64,000 bases of DNA from Candidatus Gottesmanbacteria bacterium UBA6580 (GTDB taxonomy: Bacteria > Patescibacteriota > Microgenomatia > UBA10105 > UBA927), in assembly GCA_002433895.1 (NCBI GenBank), contig DJJA01000005.1, positions 3,883 through 67,882 on the forward strand, read 5' to 3'. A model generated the notes under the pieces. That model was not told the DNA's origin and did no database searches. It was given only the letters and a program-made list of their open reading frames with translations. Of this stretch, positions 33,010-41,566 are shown piece by piece. The number at the start of each line of letters is the position of its first letter. Position 1 is the first letter of the stretch. A program made the position numbers and the translations under genes.

Positions 33010-34344
33010 ATGTCAAAAGTATCTATACAAACAGTTGAAGTTCCAATCAATGAATTGGTTCCAGCAGACTACAACCCACGAAAACACGATGAGACTGCTA
33101 CTGAGCAACTGAAACAAAGCATTCAACGATTTGGGTTGGTTGATCCAATAATCGTAAACTCCGCCCCGAGTCGTAAAAATATTATCATCGGTGGGCACTT
33201 TCGCTGGGAAGCAGCCAAGGAATTAGGGTTTGAGACTGTCCCCGTGGTCTTTGTTGATATTCCAGATTTAGATAAAGAAAAGGAGCTCAATCTCCGCCTC
33301 AACAAAAACACAGGAGAGTTTGATTGGAATCTTCTCGCAAAATTTGATGAATCGTTACTCTCCGAGATTGGTTTCTCTAGCGACGAACTCGATTCTATTT
33401 TTGATCTTGATATCGAACCAGAGAAATTCGATCTGGAAAAAGAACTACAAAAGCTGAACATCCAGAGTATAAACACCAAAAAAGGAGATATCTATGCTTT
33501 GGGTAATAGTCGTCTGATGTGTGGCGACTCCACAGTTGAAGAAAACATATTAGCTCTCATGAATGGGGAGAAAGCGAATATGTGTTTTACTGACCCACCC
33601 TACATCCTCGACTACTTACATGGGAAGAAAAAACATGGAAGTGCAGTAACAGGCTTTGGGGCAAAACGTGACCGCAGATACTTGGAAACAGATGTTCTAC
33701 CGCCCGACTTTACTGAAAAATGGATGAGTAATATTGCCAAAATCCAAAATGAAAGTTTCAGCATCATTGTTTATGAAAATTGGAAGAACCTTCGCACAAT
33801 TTGGGGTGAGATGGAGAAGCATTGGAAGGTCAAAAACATGATTGTTTGGCACTTGCCCAATCGCCATCAAGGGTTTTCCGCCAAGTATAAATTCTTTTCA
33901 AAACATGACATTGCTATGGTTGGGGCAAGCCCAGACAAAGATGTTGAGTTCAACATGGAGCCAGAAGCAGACGGTCTTCAAGAGGAGTACGAAACCGCTC
34001 TATATGCCATTTCCGGCAAGCCACAATGGGAAGGTTATCAAAAAGGCAAGAAAAACCAACCAACTGATCATATCGAGTATGTAGCGTCCGACGAAAAACA
34101 TTCTGGTCAAGGAATTATCTTTGGTACAAAACCAATTGAAATCCTTATTCCTTACATCAAAGTCCTAACTAAACGCGGTGACCTAATAGTTGAACCTTTC
34201 TCAGGTAGTGGAAGCACGTTAATTGCGTCAACCAAAATGAAACGCAGGTGTTACGGAATGGAAAAGTCTCCCGTTTATGCGGAAGTCATCATTAAACGTT
34301 GGGAAAAGATAACGGGACAGAAAGCAAAGAAAATATATGGATAA
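33010..34344 (+). CDS. ParB-domain N6/N4 DNA methyltransferase
   Basis: YNPRK...IIGGHFR (ParB); FTDPPY and EPFSGSGST (beta-class MTase). Confidence 0.9.
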   Translation: MSKVSIQTVEVPINELVPADYNPRKHDETATEQLKQSIQRFGLVDPIIVNSAPSRKNIIIGGHFRWEAAKELGFETVPVVFVDIPDLDKEKELNLRLNKNTGEFDWNLLAKFDESLLSEIGFSSDELDSIFDLDIEPEKFDLEKELQKLNIQSINTKKGDIYALGNSRLMCGDSTVEENILALMNGEKANMCFTDPPYILDYLHGKKKHGSAVTGFGAKRDRRYLETDVLPPDFTEKWMSNIAKIQNESFSIIVYENWKNLRTIWGEMEKHWKVKNMIVWHLPNRHQGFSAKYKFFSKHDIAMVGASPDKDVEFNMEPEADGLQEEYETALYAISGKPQWEGYQKGKKNQPTDHIEYVASDEKHSGQGIIFGTKPIEILIPYIKVLTKRGDLIVEPFSGSGSTLIASTKMKRRCYGMEKSPVYAEVIIKRWEKITGQKAKKIYG

Positions 34345-34756
34345 CACAATTGAAAAACGCCAAATCAAAAACAAAGAATTATTGTTGGAGCAACTCAAAA
34401 AGACTCCAGTGGTTCAGATTGCCTGTGAGAAAGCAGGAGTCGGCAGAGCTACTTACTATCGCTGGCGTAAGGAAGATCCAGAATTTACTAAAGCTAGTGA
34501 CCAGGCATTGCTAGATGGCAACCTCCTTGTGAATGATATGGCTGAAAGCCAAATGATGAGCGCTATCAAAGATAAAAATATGACGGCTATTATTTTTTGG
34601 CTCAAGCACCATCACCCAGCCTATGCTACCAAAATAGAAATCACTGCCACAAATAAGAACCAGGATATCGAACTCAGCGATGAACAAAAAGCGTTATTAA
34701 ACAAAGCCTTAGAAATGGTGGCATTGATGCCGCCAGAAAACGAAAACCATGAATGA
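34337..34756 (+). CDS. Putative terminase small subunit (HTH)
   Basis: ACEKAGVGRATYYRWRKEDPEF, AIIFWLK; overlaps the terL start. Confidence 0.75.
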   Translation: MDNTIEKRQIKNKELLLEQLKKTPVVQIACEKAGVGRATYYRWRKEDPEFTKASDQALLDGNLLVNDMAESQMMSAIKDKNMTAIIFWLKHHHPAYATKIEITATNKNQDIELSDEQKALLNKALEMVALMPPENENHE

Positions 34757-36281
34757 CCATCAAGAAATCATTAAATTAGTCCAGATTGACTCTAATTTTA
34801 GAAGAGCTTTAACTCGGGAAAGTTTTTCTTGGTTTTTCATTACCTACTTCACCCATTACATAACTTGTCCGACTGCGCCCTTTCAGAAAGAGATATTTAA
34901 CCTCCTGCAAAATGATGGGTTGTTAAAGGTAGCGGTAACAGCTTTTCGAGGTTCGGCAAAATCCACTATTGCCAGTCTCGCATATCCAATCTGGGCAATG
35001 GTTGGTAGACCCGCCAAGAAATATACATTAGTAGTCAGTCAAACTCAGGATTTATCAAAACAAATACTGACCAACATTAAACAGGAGCTTTCATCAAATG
35101 AATTATTAATTCGAGACTTCGGACCTTTTAATGAAGTGGCTGATGAGTGGCGATCTAATTCATTCGTGATTCCTCAATTTAATGCTCGTATTTCTGCCAT
35201 CTCTCAAAGCGAAAGCATTCGAGGTTTACGTCACTACCAATATCGACCAGATTTAATCGTCATTGATGACGTTGAGGATTTGGAATCAGTTAAAACCAGA
35301 GAGGGTCGAGACAAGGTATGGAATTGGTTTACAGGCGAGGTTATGCCTATCGGTGATCTTAATACCAAGATAGTCATTATTGGCAACCTCTTACACGAAG
35401 ACTCTCTCATGATGCGACTTAAGGAAAGTATTAATAATGGAAAAATGGATGGAGTTTACAAAGAGTATCCACTGCTTGATAAAAATGACAATATCGCTTG
35501 GCTGGGTAAATATCCTTCGATGATGCATATAGAAACCAAACAAAGACAGGTAGCTGATGAATCTGCCTGGTATCGTGAGTATTTGCTTAAGTTTATCTCT
35601 GACGATAAAAGAATTGTGCAAAGGAGTTGGCCACAATTTTATGATAAGTTGCCAGATCTACGACATTATCGAATTTTAGGCATTGGAATTGATTTGGCGA
35701 TATCGGAGAAAAGTAGTGCAGATTTTACCTCCCTTGTTCCCTTTATTGTCATAGGCTATGGGGATGACCTAAAAATATATATCCTTCCATATATCGTAAA
35801 TAAGCGAATGAACTTTCCCGATACGATTTTAGAAATTAAAAGAGTTAGTGCCGTTTTAGAACAAGACTACAAACGAGTACCTACGGTTTTAGTTGAAAAT
35901 GTAAGCTACCAAATGGCAGTCGTTCAACAATTAACTATTGAAAAAATATTAGCAGAACCAGTTGCGATATCCGGCATGAATAAACAGACAAGGTTAGAAA
36001 TGGCCACGCCATATATCAGACAAGGTAAAGTTCTGTTCCCACAAAAAGGTGCAGAGTCTCTCATTAGTCAAATCGTAAATTTTGGCATCGAAAAGCATGA
36101 CGATCTGGTTGATGCATTTACCATAATCGTTTTGAAAGTCTTGCAGTCTGACAGACCAACCTATAAATCAAATGGCCCTACCGAGCCACCAAGGGATCGT
36201 TGGGGAATAGATCCATTCACTGGAGAGTACCGAAACTTAGACGCACCCATCACCGCAGGGATGTGGGGTAAAAGATTTTAA
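34749..36281 (+). CDS. Terminase large subunit
   Basis: Walker A RGSAKST, Walker B IVIDDVED, nuclease GIDLA and HDDLVDA. Confidence 0.88.
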   Translation: MNDHQEIIKLVQIDSNFRRALTRESFSWFFITYFTHYITCPTAPFQKEIFNLLQNDGLLKVAVTAFRGSAKSTIASLAYPIWAMVGRPAKKYTLVVSQTQDLSKQILTNIKQELSSNELLIRDFGPFNEVADEWRSNSFVIPQFNARISAISQSESIRGLRHYQYRPDLIVIDDVEDLESVKTREGRDKVWNWFTGEVMPIGDLNTKIVIIGNLLHEDSLMMRLKESINNGKMDGVYKEYPLLDKNDNIAWLGKYPSMMHIETKQRQVADESAWYREYLLKFISDDKRIVQRSWPQFYDKLPDLRHYRILGIGIDLAISEKSSADFTSLVPFIVIGYGDDLKIYILPYIVNKRMNFPDTILEIKRVSAVLEQDYKRVPTVLVENVSYQMAVVQQLTIEKILAEPVAISGMNKQTRLEMATPYIRQGKVLFPQKGAESLISQIVNFGIEKHDDLVDAFTIIVLKVLQSDRPTYKSNGPTEPPRDRWGIDPFTGEYRNLDAPITAGMWGKRF

Positions 36282-36494
36282 TTATTTGAAGAACTCGTCA
36301 GCCGAGACTTTCAAGGCTTTAGCGAGTTTGTGGATATTATCCACCGACACGTTTTGCTCAGCCCTCTCAATCGAACCGATATAAGTTCTATGGAGGTTGG
36401 CTCTAAAGCCTAATTCCTCCTGAGACAGCCCAGCCTTCTTTCTTAAGGCTCTTAGCCTCTTGCCAAACTGCTTTCTTGTAGGAGTTATTGACAT
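36282..36494 (-). CDS. XRE-family HTH regulator (R-M controller protein-like)
   Basis: FGKRLRALRKKAGLSQEEL...HRTYIGSIER. Confidence 0.88.
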   Translation of the reverse strand: MSITPTRKQFGKRLRALRKKAGLSQEELGFRANLHRTYIGSIERAEQNVSVDNIHKLAKALKVSADEFFK

Positions 36495-36600
36495 AGTACA
36501 CAAAGCGTATCTAAATGATGTCAATAGCTCTACAGTCGATAACTAGCATTTCATGGCTAAAAGCGGTATTATTCAGTTAAAGAAAGGAGGTGAGAAATTA

Positions 36601-37155
36601 ATGAAAAAATTACTAAAATGGGGCGGAATTGCCCTACTCATCATCATTGTTCTGGGAATGATTGGCAGTAAAGGTGGCGAAAGCAAGAAAGTCGGGTCCA
36701 ATGACTCCACTACTACCCAAACCGCGGCCAAGACTAATAATCAACCCACCCAGCAGATGTATAGGGTCGGTGATAAAGTCCAAATGGGCGATGTCATCCT
36801 GACGGTTAATAAAGTCGAGACGTCCCAAGGTGGTCAATACACCAAACCGTCATCTGGTAACCAATGGATAGAGTTAAATCTAACCATTGAAAACACTGGA
36901 TCAAACCAAGAGTACATTACTACCCTAGGCCAGATGTTTGTAACTGATAAAGATAATAATCAATATCAGACTACGGTAACCAGCAAGAGAATGGAAAATC
37001 CAGGATCTCTGGGATTAGACGGCGCACTGATAGCCAAAGCCAAGAAAACTGATTGGGTCGGATTTGAAGTACCCAAAACAGCCACAGGCTTAAAGTTCCA
37101 ATACAACGCCAGTTTCTGGAGCAACAAAAGCATTGTAGTCGACCTGGGTAGATAA
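36601..37155 (+). CDS. DUF4352-like membrane-anchored Ig-fold protein
   Basis: AGGAGG RBS, TM, Thr-rich linker, LNLTIENTG...GFEVP. Confidence 0.75.
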   Translation: MKKLLKWGGIALLIIIVLGMIGSKGGESKKVGSNDSTTTQTAAKTNNQPTQQMYRVGDKVQMGDVILTVNKVETSQGGQYTKPSSGNQWIELNLTIENTGSNQEYITTLGQMFVTDKDNNQYQTTVTSKRMENPGSLGLDGALIAKAKKTDWVGFEVPKTATGLKFQYNASFWSNKSIVVDLGR

Positions 37156-37170
37156 TGACTACGGCTACAT

Positions 37171-37208
37171 ACAAAGGATGCCTGAGTTAAACCGCAGGCA
37201 TCTTTTGT
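37171..37208 (+). terminator. Intrinsic terminator
   Basis: ACAAAGGATGCCTG-loop-CAGGCATCTTTTGT then T-rich tract. Confidence 0.7.
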
Positions 37209-37244
37209 TATGTTTTATTTTCATAATGATGACAAGTTCTTTAT

Positions 37245-37278
37245 CTTCATAAAATCTTAATCTCTGCAGAGGTACGAT
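37245..37278 (+). promoter_or_regulatory. Response-regulator tandem box plus -10 (site 1)
   Basis: CTTCAT-n5-CTTAAT-11nt-TACGAT, ATG 6 nt later. Confidence 0.65.
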
Positions 37279-37284
37279 TTGCTT

Positions 37285-37569
37285 ATGCAAACAGCAGTTA
37301 AAAAAGTATACAAAGCAGAAATCCTTCAGAGTCTGCTTTCTACAAAAGTTCAAGTAGAAAAGCTTCTTTTTGATGCTGAAACAAACACCAGTTGGCAAGT
37401 GTTTCACCAACATACACAAACAGCTGTTAATCACTTGAATAATGTAATTAGATTACTAGCAGAACAACATATAACAATCTGTGTGTTAAGTAAATACAAG
37501 CAGATCGGGGTTAATTACTCTCCTGAAGATGTTGATGAAATTATGAAAATATACAGGTATCTAAACTAA
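37285..37569 (+). CDS. Divergent CsoR/RcnR-like metal-sensing protein
   Basis: Helical bundle ending in HxxxC (EQHITICV), as in CsoR. Confidence 0.5.
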   Translation: MQTAVKKVYKAEILQSLLSTKVQVEKLLFDAETNTSWQVFHQHTQTAVNHLNNVIRLLAEQHITICVLSKYKQIGVNYSPEDVDEIMKIYRYLN

Positions 37570-37573
37570 ACTT

Positions 37574-38071
37574 ATGTCACCAAAAACTATTTTTATCTGG
37601 ATGCTCGTGTTTATCGGATCAGTCGTCGGTTTGGCATTTATATTAACTGCCGGCCAGAAGCCTACTCCTGCGACGGCAAGTTATTCGACAGGAGAATCAG
37701 AGCGGCCGAAAGCCGAGACGGATAAAAACACAATAGATTTGGGAACGATTAAAGTATCTGATGTCAAAGTGCAGGATTTCGCACTTAAGAACTCAGGAAC
37801 GAAACCACTCCAAATCCTCAATGTGAACTCAAGCTGTGGCTGTACTGCAGGGCAAATTATCTACAAAGGAGAAACAAGTAAGGAATTCAGTATGCACACA
37901 CAGAGCGGGTTTGTGACAGAGATTGTGCCTGGTGATACCGCGACCGTGCGTTTGACATACCGCCCGGCTTCTATGCCCGTGTATGGACTTGTTGAACGTG
38001 CAGTATTTGTTGAGACGAATGATCCGGCAAACGCGAAACTTACTTTTAGCATTAGAACAAAGGTGGAATAA
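37574..38071 (+). CDS. DUF1573 domain protein
   Basis: TM, LKNSGTKPLQI.NV.SSCGCT, VETNDP. Confidence 0.75.
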   Translation: MSPKTIFIWMLVFIGSVVGLAFILTAGQKPTPATASYSTGESERPKAETDKNTIDLGTIKVSDVKVQDFALKNSGTKPLQILNVNSSCGCTAGQIIYKGETSKEFSMHTQSGFVTEIVPGDTATVRLTYRPASMPVYGLVERAVFVETNDPANAKLTFSIRTKVE

Positions 38072-38073
38072 TC

Positions 38074-38898
38074 ATGGACACAAATTTATTATTCGGGATT
38101 TCGTTAACCGCATCATTCTTAGCAGGAGTCTTGGCGCTGTTTGCACCGTGCTGCATTACGTTCCTCTTTCCGTCTTACCTGGGAACAATATTTAAAGAGC
38201 AAAAACGCGTTATGTACTATACGTTTGTATTTGCCGTTGGGTTGGCTTTTATCCTTGTCCCAATAGCACTTGGCATTCGTTCCATCATCTTTTTCCTTGA
38301 TGCGTATCACACACCGATATATTATCTCGGAGCACTCATTATGATTCTGATGGGGGTCATGACTTTAAAGCCGATTTTCCACCTGCCACAAATATTCCAC
38401 GTATCAGGGCTTCAGAATAAGAAAGTGAATACAGCAAGTGTCTTTGGGTTGGGACTTATGTCCGGGTTAACATCTGCATGCTGCGCGCCGGTTTTGTTTG
38501 CCGCCGTTACCCTCACATCACTCTCACCCTCATTGTTTCAGGCGGTGATAGTATCCCTTGCTTATGTGACTGGTATCGTAATGCCGCTCTTTCTAATGTC
38601 GATGTTTTATGACAAAGCGACTGCCAAAGTTACTGGACACAATAGACACAAGATATATACAGTCCTGAAAAATCTCGGAGCAGGAATATTCTTCCTCACC
38701 GGTATTCTCATTGCCGTCTTTAACTATCTAGGAAAGATCCAGATGAACCAGATGGAAGGCTATAGCCAGAAGATCCGTATGATTGTATTTGAAATTGCAA
38801 AATACTTCAAAAACCCGGTCGTCGATATCCTGGTTTTTGGCACAATTATCTATATTTTTTATCGACTACTGAGGTACAAAGGTCATGAAAACGAATAA
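38074..38898 (+). CDS. CcdA/DsbD-like transmembrane electron transporter
   Basis: LFAPCC..LFPSY and SACCAP motifs; multi-TM. Confidence 0.8.
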   Translation: MDTNLLFGISLTASFLAGVLALFAPCCITFLFPSYLGTIFKEQKRVMYYTFVFAVGLAFILVPIALGIRSIIFFLDAYHTPIYYLGALIMILMGVMTLKPIFHLPQIFHVSGLQNKKVNTASVFGLGLMSGLTSACCAPVLFAAVTLTSLSPSLFQAVIVSLAYVTGIVMPLFLMSMFYDKATAKVTGHNRHKIYTVLKNLGAGIFFLTGILIAVFNYLGKIQMNQMEGYSQKIRMIVFEIAKYFKNPVVDILVFGTIIYIFYRLLRYKGHENE

Positions 38899-39823
38899 AC
38901 TGTTTCCCATACTTTTAATTAGTGCAGTCGCCAACGTCATCTTGGCCGCATTCCTGCTCGCCCCGCAAATTACCAAGTTCAAAAATGCGCGGGCTGGTAT
39001 AGGAGCACAAAACAAAACGGTCGTTTCAAATGCTGCCAATCAGGATAATTTGTTTGATGAAGTCAATCCGGTTGAGGGATTTACCATTAAGGCCAGCTAT
39101 GGCAATTTGGGACCCAAAATGACCTCTTCAGGGGTTATCGACCTTGCAAAGTTTAAAGAGACATACGAAAAATCAAATTCACCGCTGACCGAAGAACAAC
39201 TAGCAATTTTAGAACAGGGGTCGGACAAAAATATAACCATCAATCGTGAGAATTCCTATTTCCTTCTTAACTTCTTTTGGGCAATGGGTCTAGCAAACAA
39301 GTCACCTATTCTCGACGAAGGGGACATGATCAAATACGGCGGCAAAGAAGGTGCTGGCAGCTTTGCCTCAACCGGAGGATGGACATTATCAAAAGGTAAC
39401 GCAATGAACTACTACTCTAAATCAGCACTTATCCCGCTTACCAAGGAGCAAGAAGCACTGGTCTATGAGGTAACATCCAACATTTTCAGACCCTGCTGCA
39501 ATAACTCGACCGCGTTTCCAGATTGTAATCACGGCATGGCGCTCCTTGCTGTTATGCAGCTTATGGCAAGTAATGGTGCTACGGAAAAAGAAATGTACGA
39601 GGCAGGTAAATACTTTAATGCCTACTGGTTCCCCGGCAACTATTATGATTTGGCGATGTACTTTAAGAATAAAGATGGGAAGTCTTTCAAGGAAATGGAT
39701 GCAAAAACAGTTCTTAGCCGTGAGTATTCGTCGGCATCAGGTGCACAAAGCATCAAGAAATGGCTTGTGGAGAAAGGATTAGTCCAACAGCCGCCTAAAA
39801 CTGGTGGCGGATGCGGAGTTTAA
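38885..39823 (+). CDS. Exported Cys/His-motif hypothetical protein
   Basis: N-terminal TM; RPCCNNST.FPDCNHG; C-terminal GGGCGV. Confidence 0.7.
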   Translation: MKTNKLFPILLISAVANVILAAFLLAPQITKFKNARAGIGAQNKTVVSNAANQDNLFDEVNPVEGFTIKASYGNLGPKMTSSGVIDLAKFKETYEKSNSPLTEEQLAILEQGSDKNITINRENSYFLLNFFWAMGLANKSPILDEGDMIKYGGKEGAGSFASTGGWTLSKGNAMNYYSKSALIPLTKEQEALVYEVTSNIFRPCCNNSTAFPDCNHGMALLAVMQLMASNGATEKEMYEAGKYFNAYWFPGNYYDLAMYFKNKDGKSFKEMDAKTVLSREYSSASGAQSIKKWLVEKGLVQQPPKTGGGCGV

Positions 39824-39827
39824 AATA

Positions 39828-40055
39828 ATGTGGCAGACGGTTGCGTACTACAAAGCTCTTTCAAACCCTAAAAGGCTAGCAATACTCAAACTGGTCGCGG
39901 TTCAAGAGAAAACAGTTGGAGATATTGTTAAGAGGCTACATCTACGACAAGCAAACGTATCTCAACATCTAATGCTTCTCAAAGAAGCAGGTGTTATTGT
40001 GATGAGGCGAAGTGGAAAGAATGTCTATTATCATTTGAAAAATGGAACGAAATAA
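39828..40055 (+). CDS. ArsR/SmtB family regulator (minimal)
   Basis: KALSNPKRLAIL, VSQHL..LK.AG, R.GK.VYY. Confidence 0.85.
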   Translation: MWQTVAYYKALSNPKRLAILKLVAVQEKTVGDIVKRLHLRQANVSQHLMLLKEAGVIVMRRSGKNVYYHLKNGTK

Positions 40056-40572
40056 GTGCTACCATGAATATAACGAACTCATGATGAAGCATTATCATAA
40101 AAGCATAATTCTACTTGCTACCCCAGATCAGGTTTTTGACTATGCTGATGACCATACCCGATTTTCTTCCCACATGAGCAGTTCTTCCTGGATGATGATG
40201 GGAAGTAAGATGCATATCTCGACAGACAGCAAACTTGGGAAAGAAGTCGGCTCACATATCCTTCTCGAAGGATCAATTCTTGGAATACCAATGTTTGTGG
40301 ACGAGGTCGTCACAGAACACAAAAAGCCAAGTGTTAAAACATGGAAAACAGTGAAGGTAAGAAACCTTTTGGTCATTGGCGATTATGTGATGAAAATAGA
40401 GATATTCCCTCAGGCTAAGAATTCTCTCTTTCGTGTCTCCATAGATTACGTGATGCCAGATAAAAATAGGTGGCTTGGATTACTTCTCGGAGATTGGTAT
40501 GCCAAGTGGTGTGTTCAACAAATGCTTGATGGGGCAAAAAAATATTTTCAGATGAAAAATCTAAGGAGGTGA
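40042..40572 (+). CDS. SRPBCC family protein
   Basis: ATPDQVFDYADD..R.SSHM; start may be 40081. Confidence 0.65.
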   Translation: MERNKCYHEYNELMMKHYHKSIILLATPDQVFDYADDHTRFSSHMSSSSWMMMGSKMHISTDSKLGKEVGSHILLEGSILGIPMFVDEVVTEHKKPSVKTWKTVKVRNLLVIGDYVMKIEIFPQAKNSLFRVSIDYVMPDKNRWLGLLLGDWYAKWCVQQMLDGAKKYFQMKNLRR

Positions 40573-40578
40573 ATCATC

Positions 40579-40845
40579 ATGAAGCATAGTGTTTCAGCAA
40601 CTGCCAACGCAGCCGCGGTTACAATTGGTATCTTTTATGTAGTCTGTCGCTTGCTTGTAGGGCTATTTCCAGCGCTTATGTTTGCCGCAGCACAATCGTT
40701 ATTGCACGGTATGGCATTAACACAGGTCGGAACATGGAATTTGAGTATGGGTAATTTCCTCTTGGGCTTACTCACCTCAATGGTATCAGCGTGGTTTATG
40801 GGCTATGTGTTTGCCACGGCCTATAATTCGTTCGCAAAGAAATAA
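40579..40845 (+). CDS. Small two-TM protein (DUF5676-like)
   Basis: YVVC..L...FP....HG...AYN pattern; GGAGG RBS. Confidence 0.6.
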   Translation: MKHSVSATANAAAVTIGIFYVVCRLLVGLFPALMFAAAQSLLHGMALTQVGTWNLSMGNFLLGLLTSMVSAWFMGYVFATAYNSFAKK

Positions 40846-40852
40846 ACGATAA

Positions 40853-40885
40853 CTTAATGTTTTCTTCATGATTTTTTAATATAAT
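40853..40885 (+). promoter_or_regulatory. Response-regulator tandem box plus -10 (site 2, autoregulatory)
   Basis: CTTAAT-n5-CTTCAT-10nt-TATAAT, ATG 6 nt later. Confidence 0.65.
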
Positions 40886-40891
40886 AAGATC

Positions 40892-41566
40892 ATGAGAATA
40901 CTTGTCGTCGAGGACGAACGCCGGCTATCTACCGTTATTAAAAAGGGCTTTGTCGAGGATGGATTTGCAGTCGATCAGGCATTTGATGGTGAAGACGGGC
41001 AGTTTTTAGCTGAAAGCGAGCAATACGACCTCATTGTCCTTGATATCATGCTTCCCAAGGTTGATGGTCTCACCCTTTGTAAAAATATCCGTGCAAAAAA
41101 TATAAAAACCCCGATTTTGATGTTAACTGCTAAATCCTCTACAGACGACAAAGTGGCCGGTCTTGATAGCGGTGCGGATGACTACCTTACCAAACCATTT
41201 TCCTTTGTCGAATTCCGCTCGCGTGTCCATGCACTAATCCGAAGAAGTCATCAGGAGACATCGCCTGTACTTGCAATCGATGATCTCGAACTTAATCCTC
41301 TGAAACACTCAGTTTCTCGTAAAGGAAATCCTCTAAAATTGACCCCGAAAGAATTCGCAATTTTAGAGCTTTTACTTCGTCACAAAGGTGAAGTCGTTAC
41401 CCGTACCATGATCACAGAACACGTGTGGGACTATAATTTTGATGGCATGAGTAACGTCGTTGATGTGTTTGTTGCGTCGCTCCGTAAAAAAGTAGATGCC
41501 AAAGGTAAAAAGAAAATTATTGAAACTGTCCATGGAGTAGGCTTTAGAATAGGTAGCGCTGTATGA
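40892..41566 (+). CDS. OmpR-family (CusR/CopR-like) response regulator
   Basis: VVEDE, LDIMLP, GADDYLTKPF, wHTH ETVHGVG. Confidence 0.95.
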   Translation: MRILVVEDERRLSTVIKKGFVEDGFAVDQAFDGEDGQFLAESEQYDLIVLDIMLPKVDGLTLCKNIRAKNIKTPILMLTAKSSTDDKVAGLDSGADDYLTKPFSFVEFRSRVHALIRRSHQETSPVLAIDDLELNPLKHSVSRKGNPLKLTPKEFAILELLLRHKGEVVTRTMITEHVWDYNFDGMSNVVDVFVASLRKKVDAKGKKKIIETVHGVGFRIGSAV

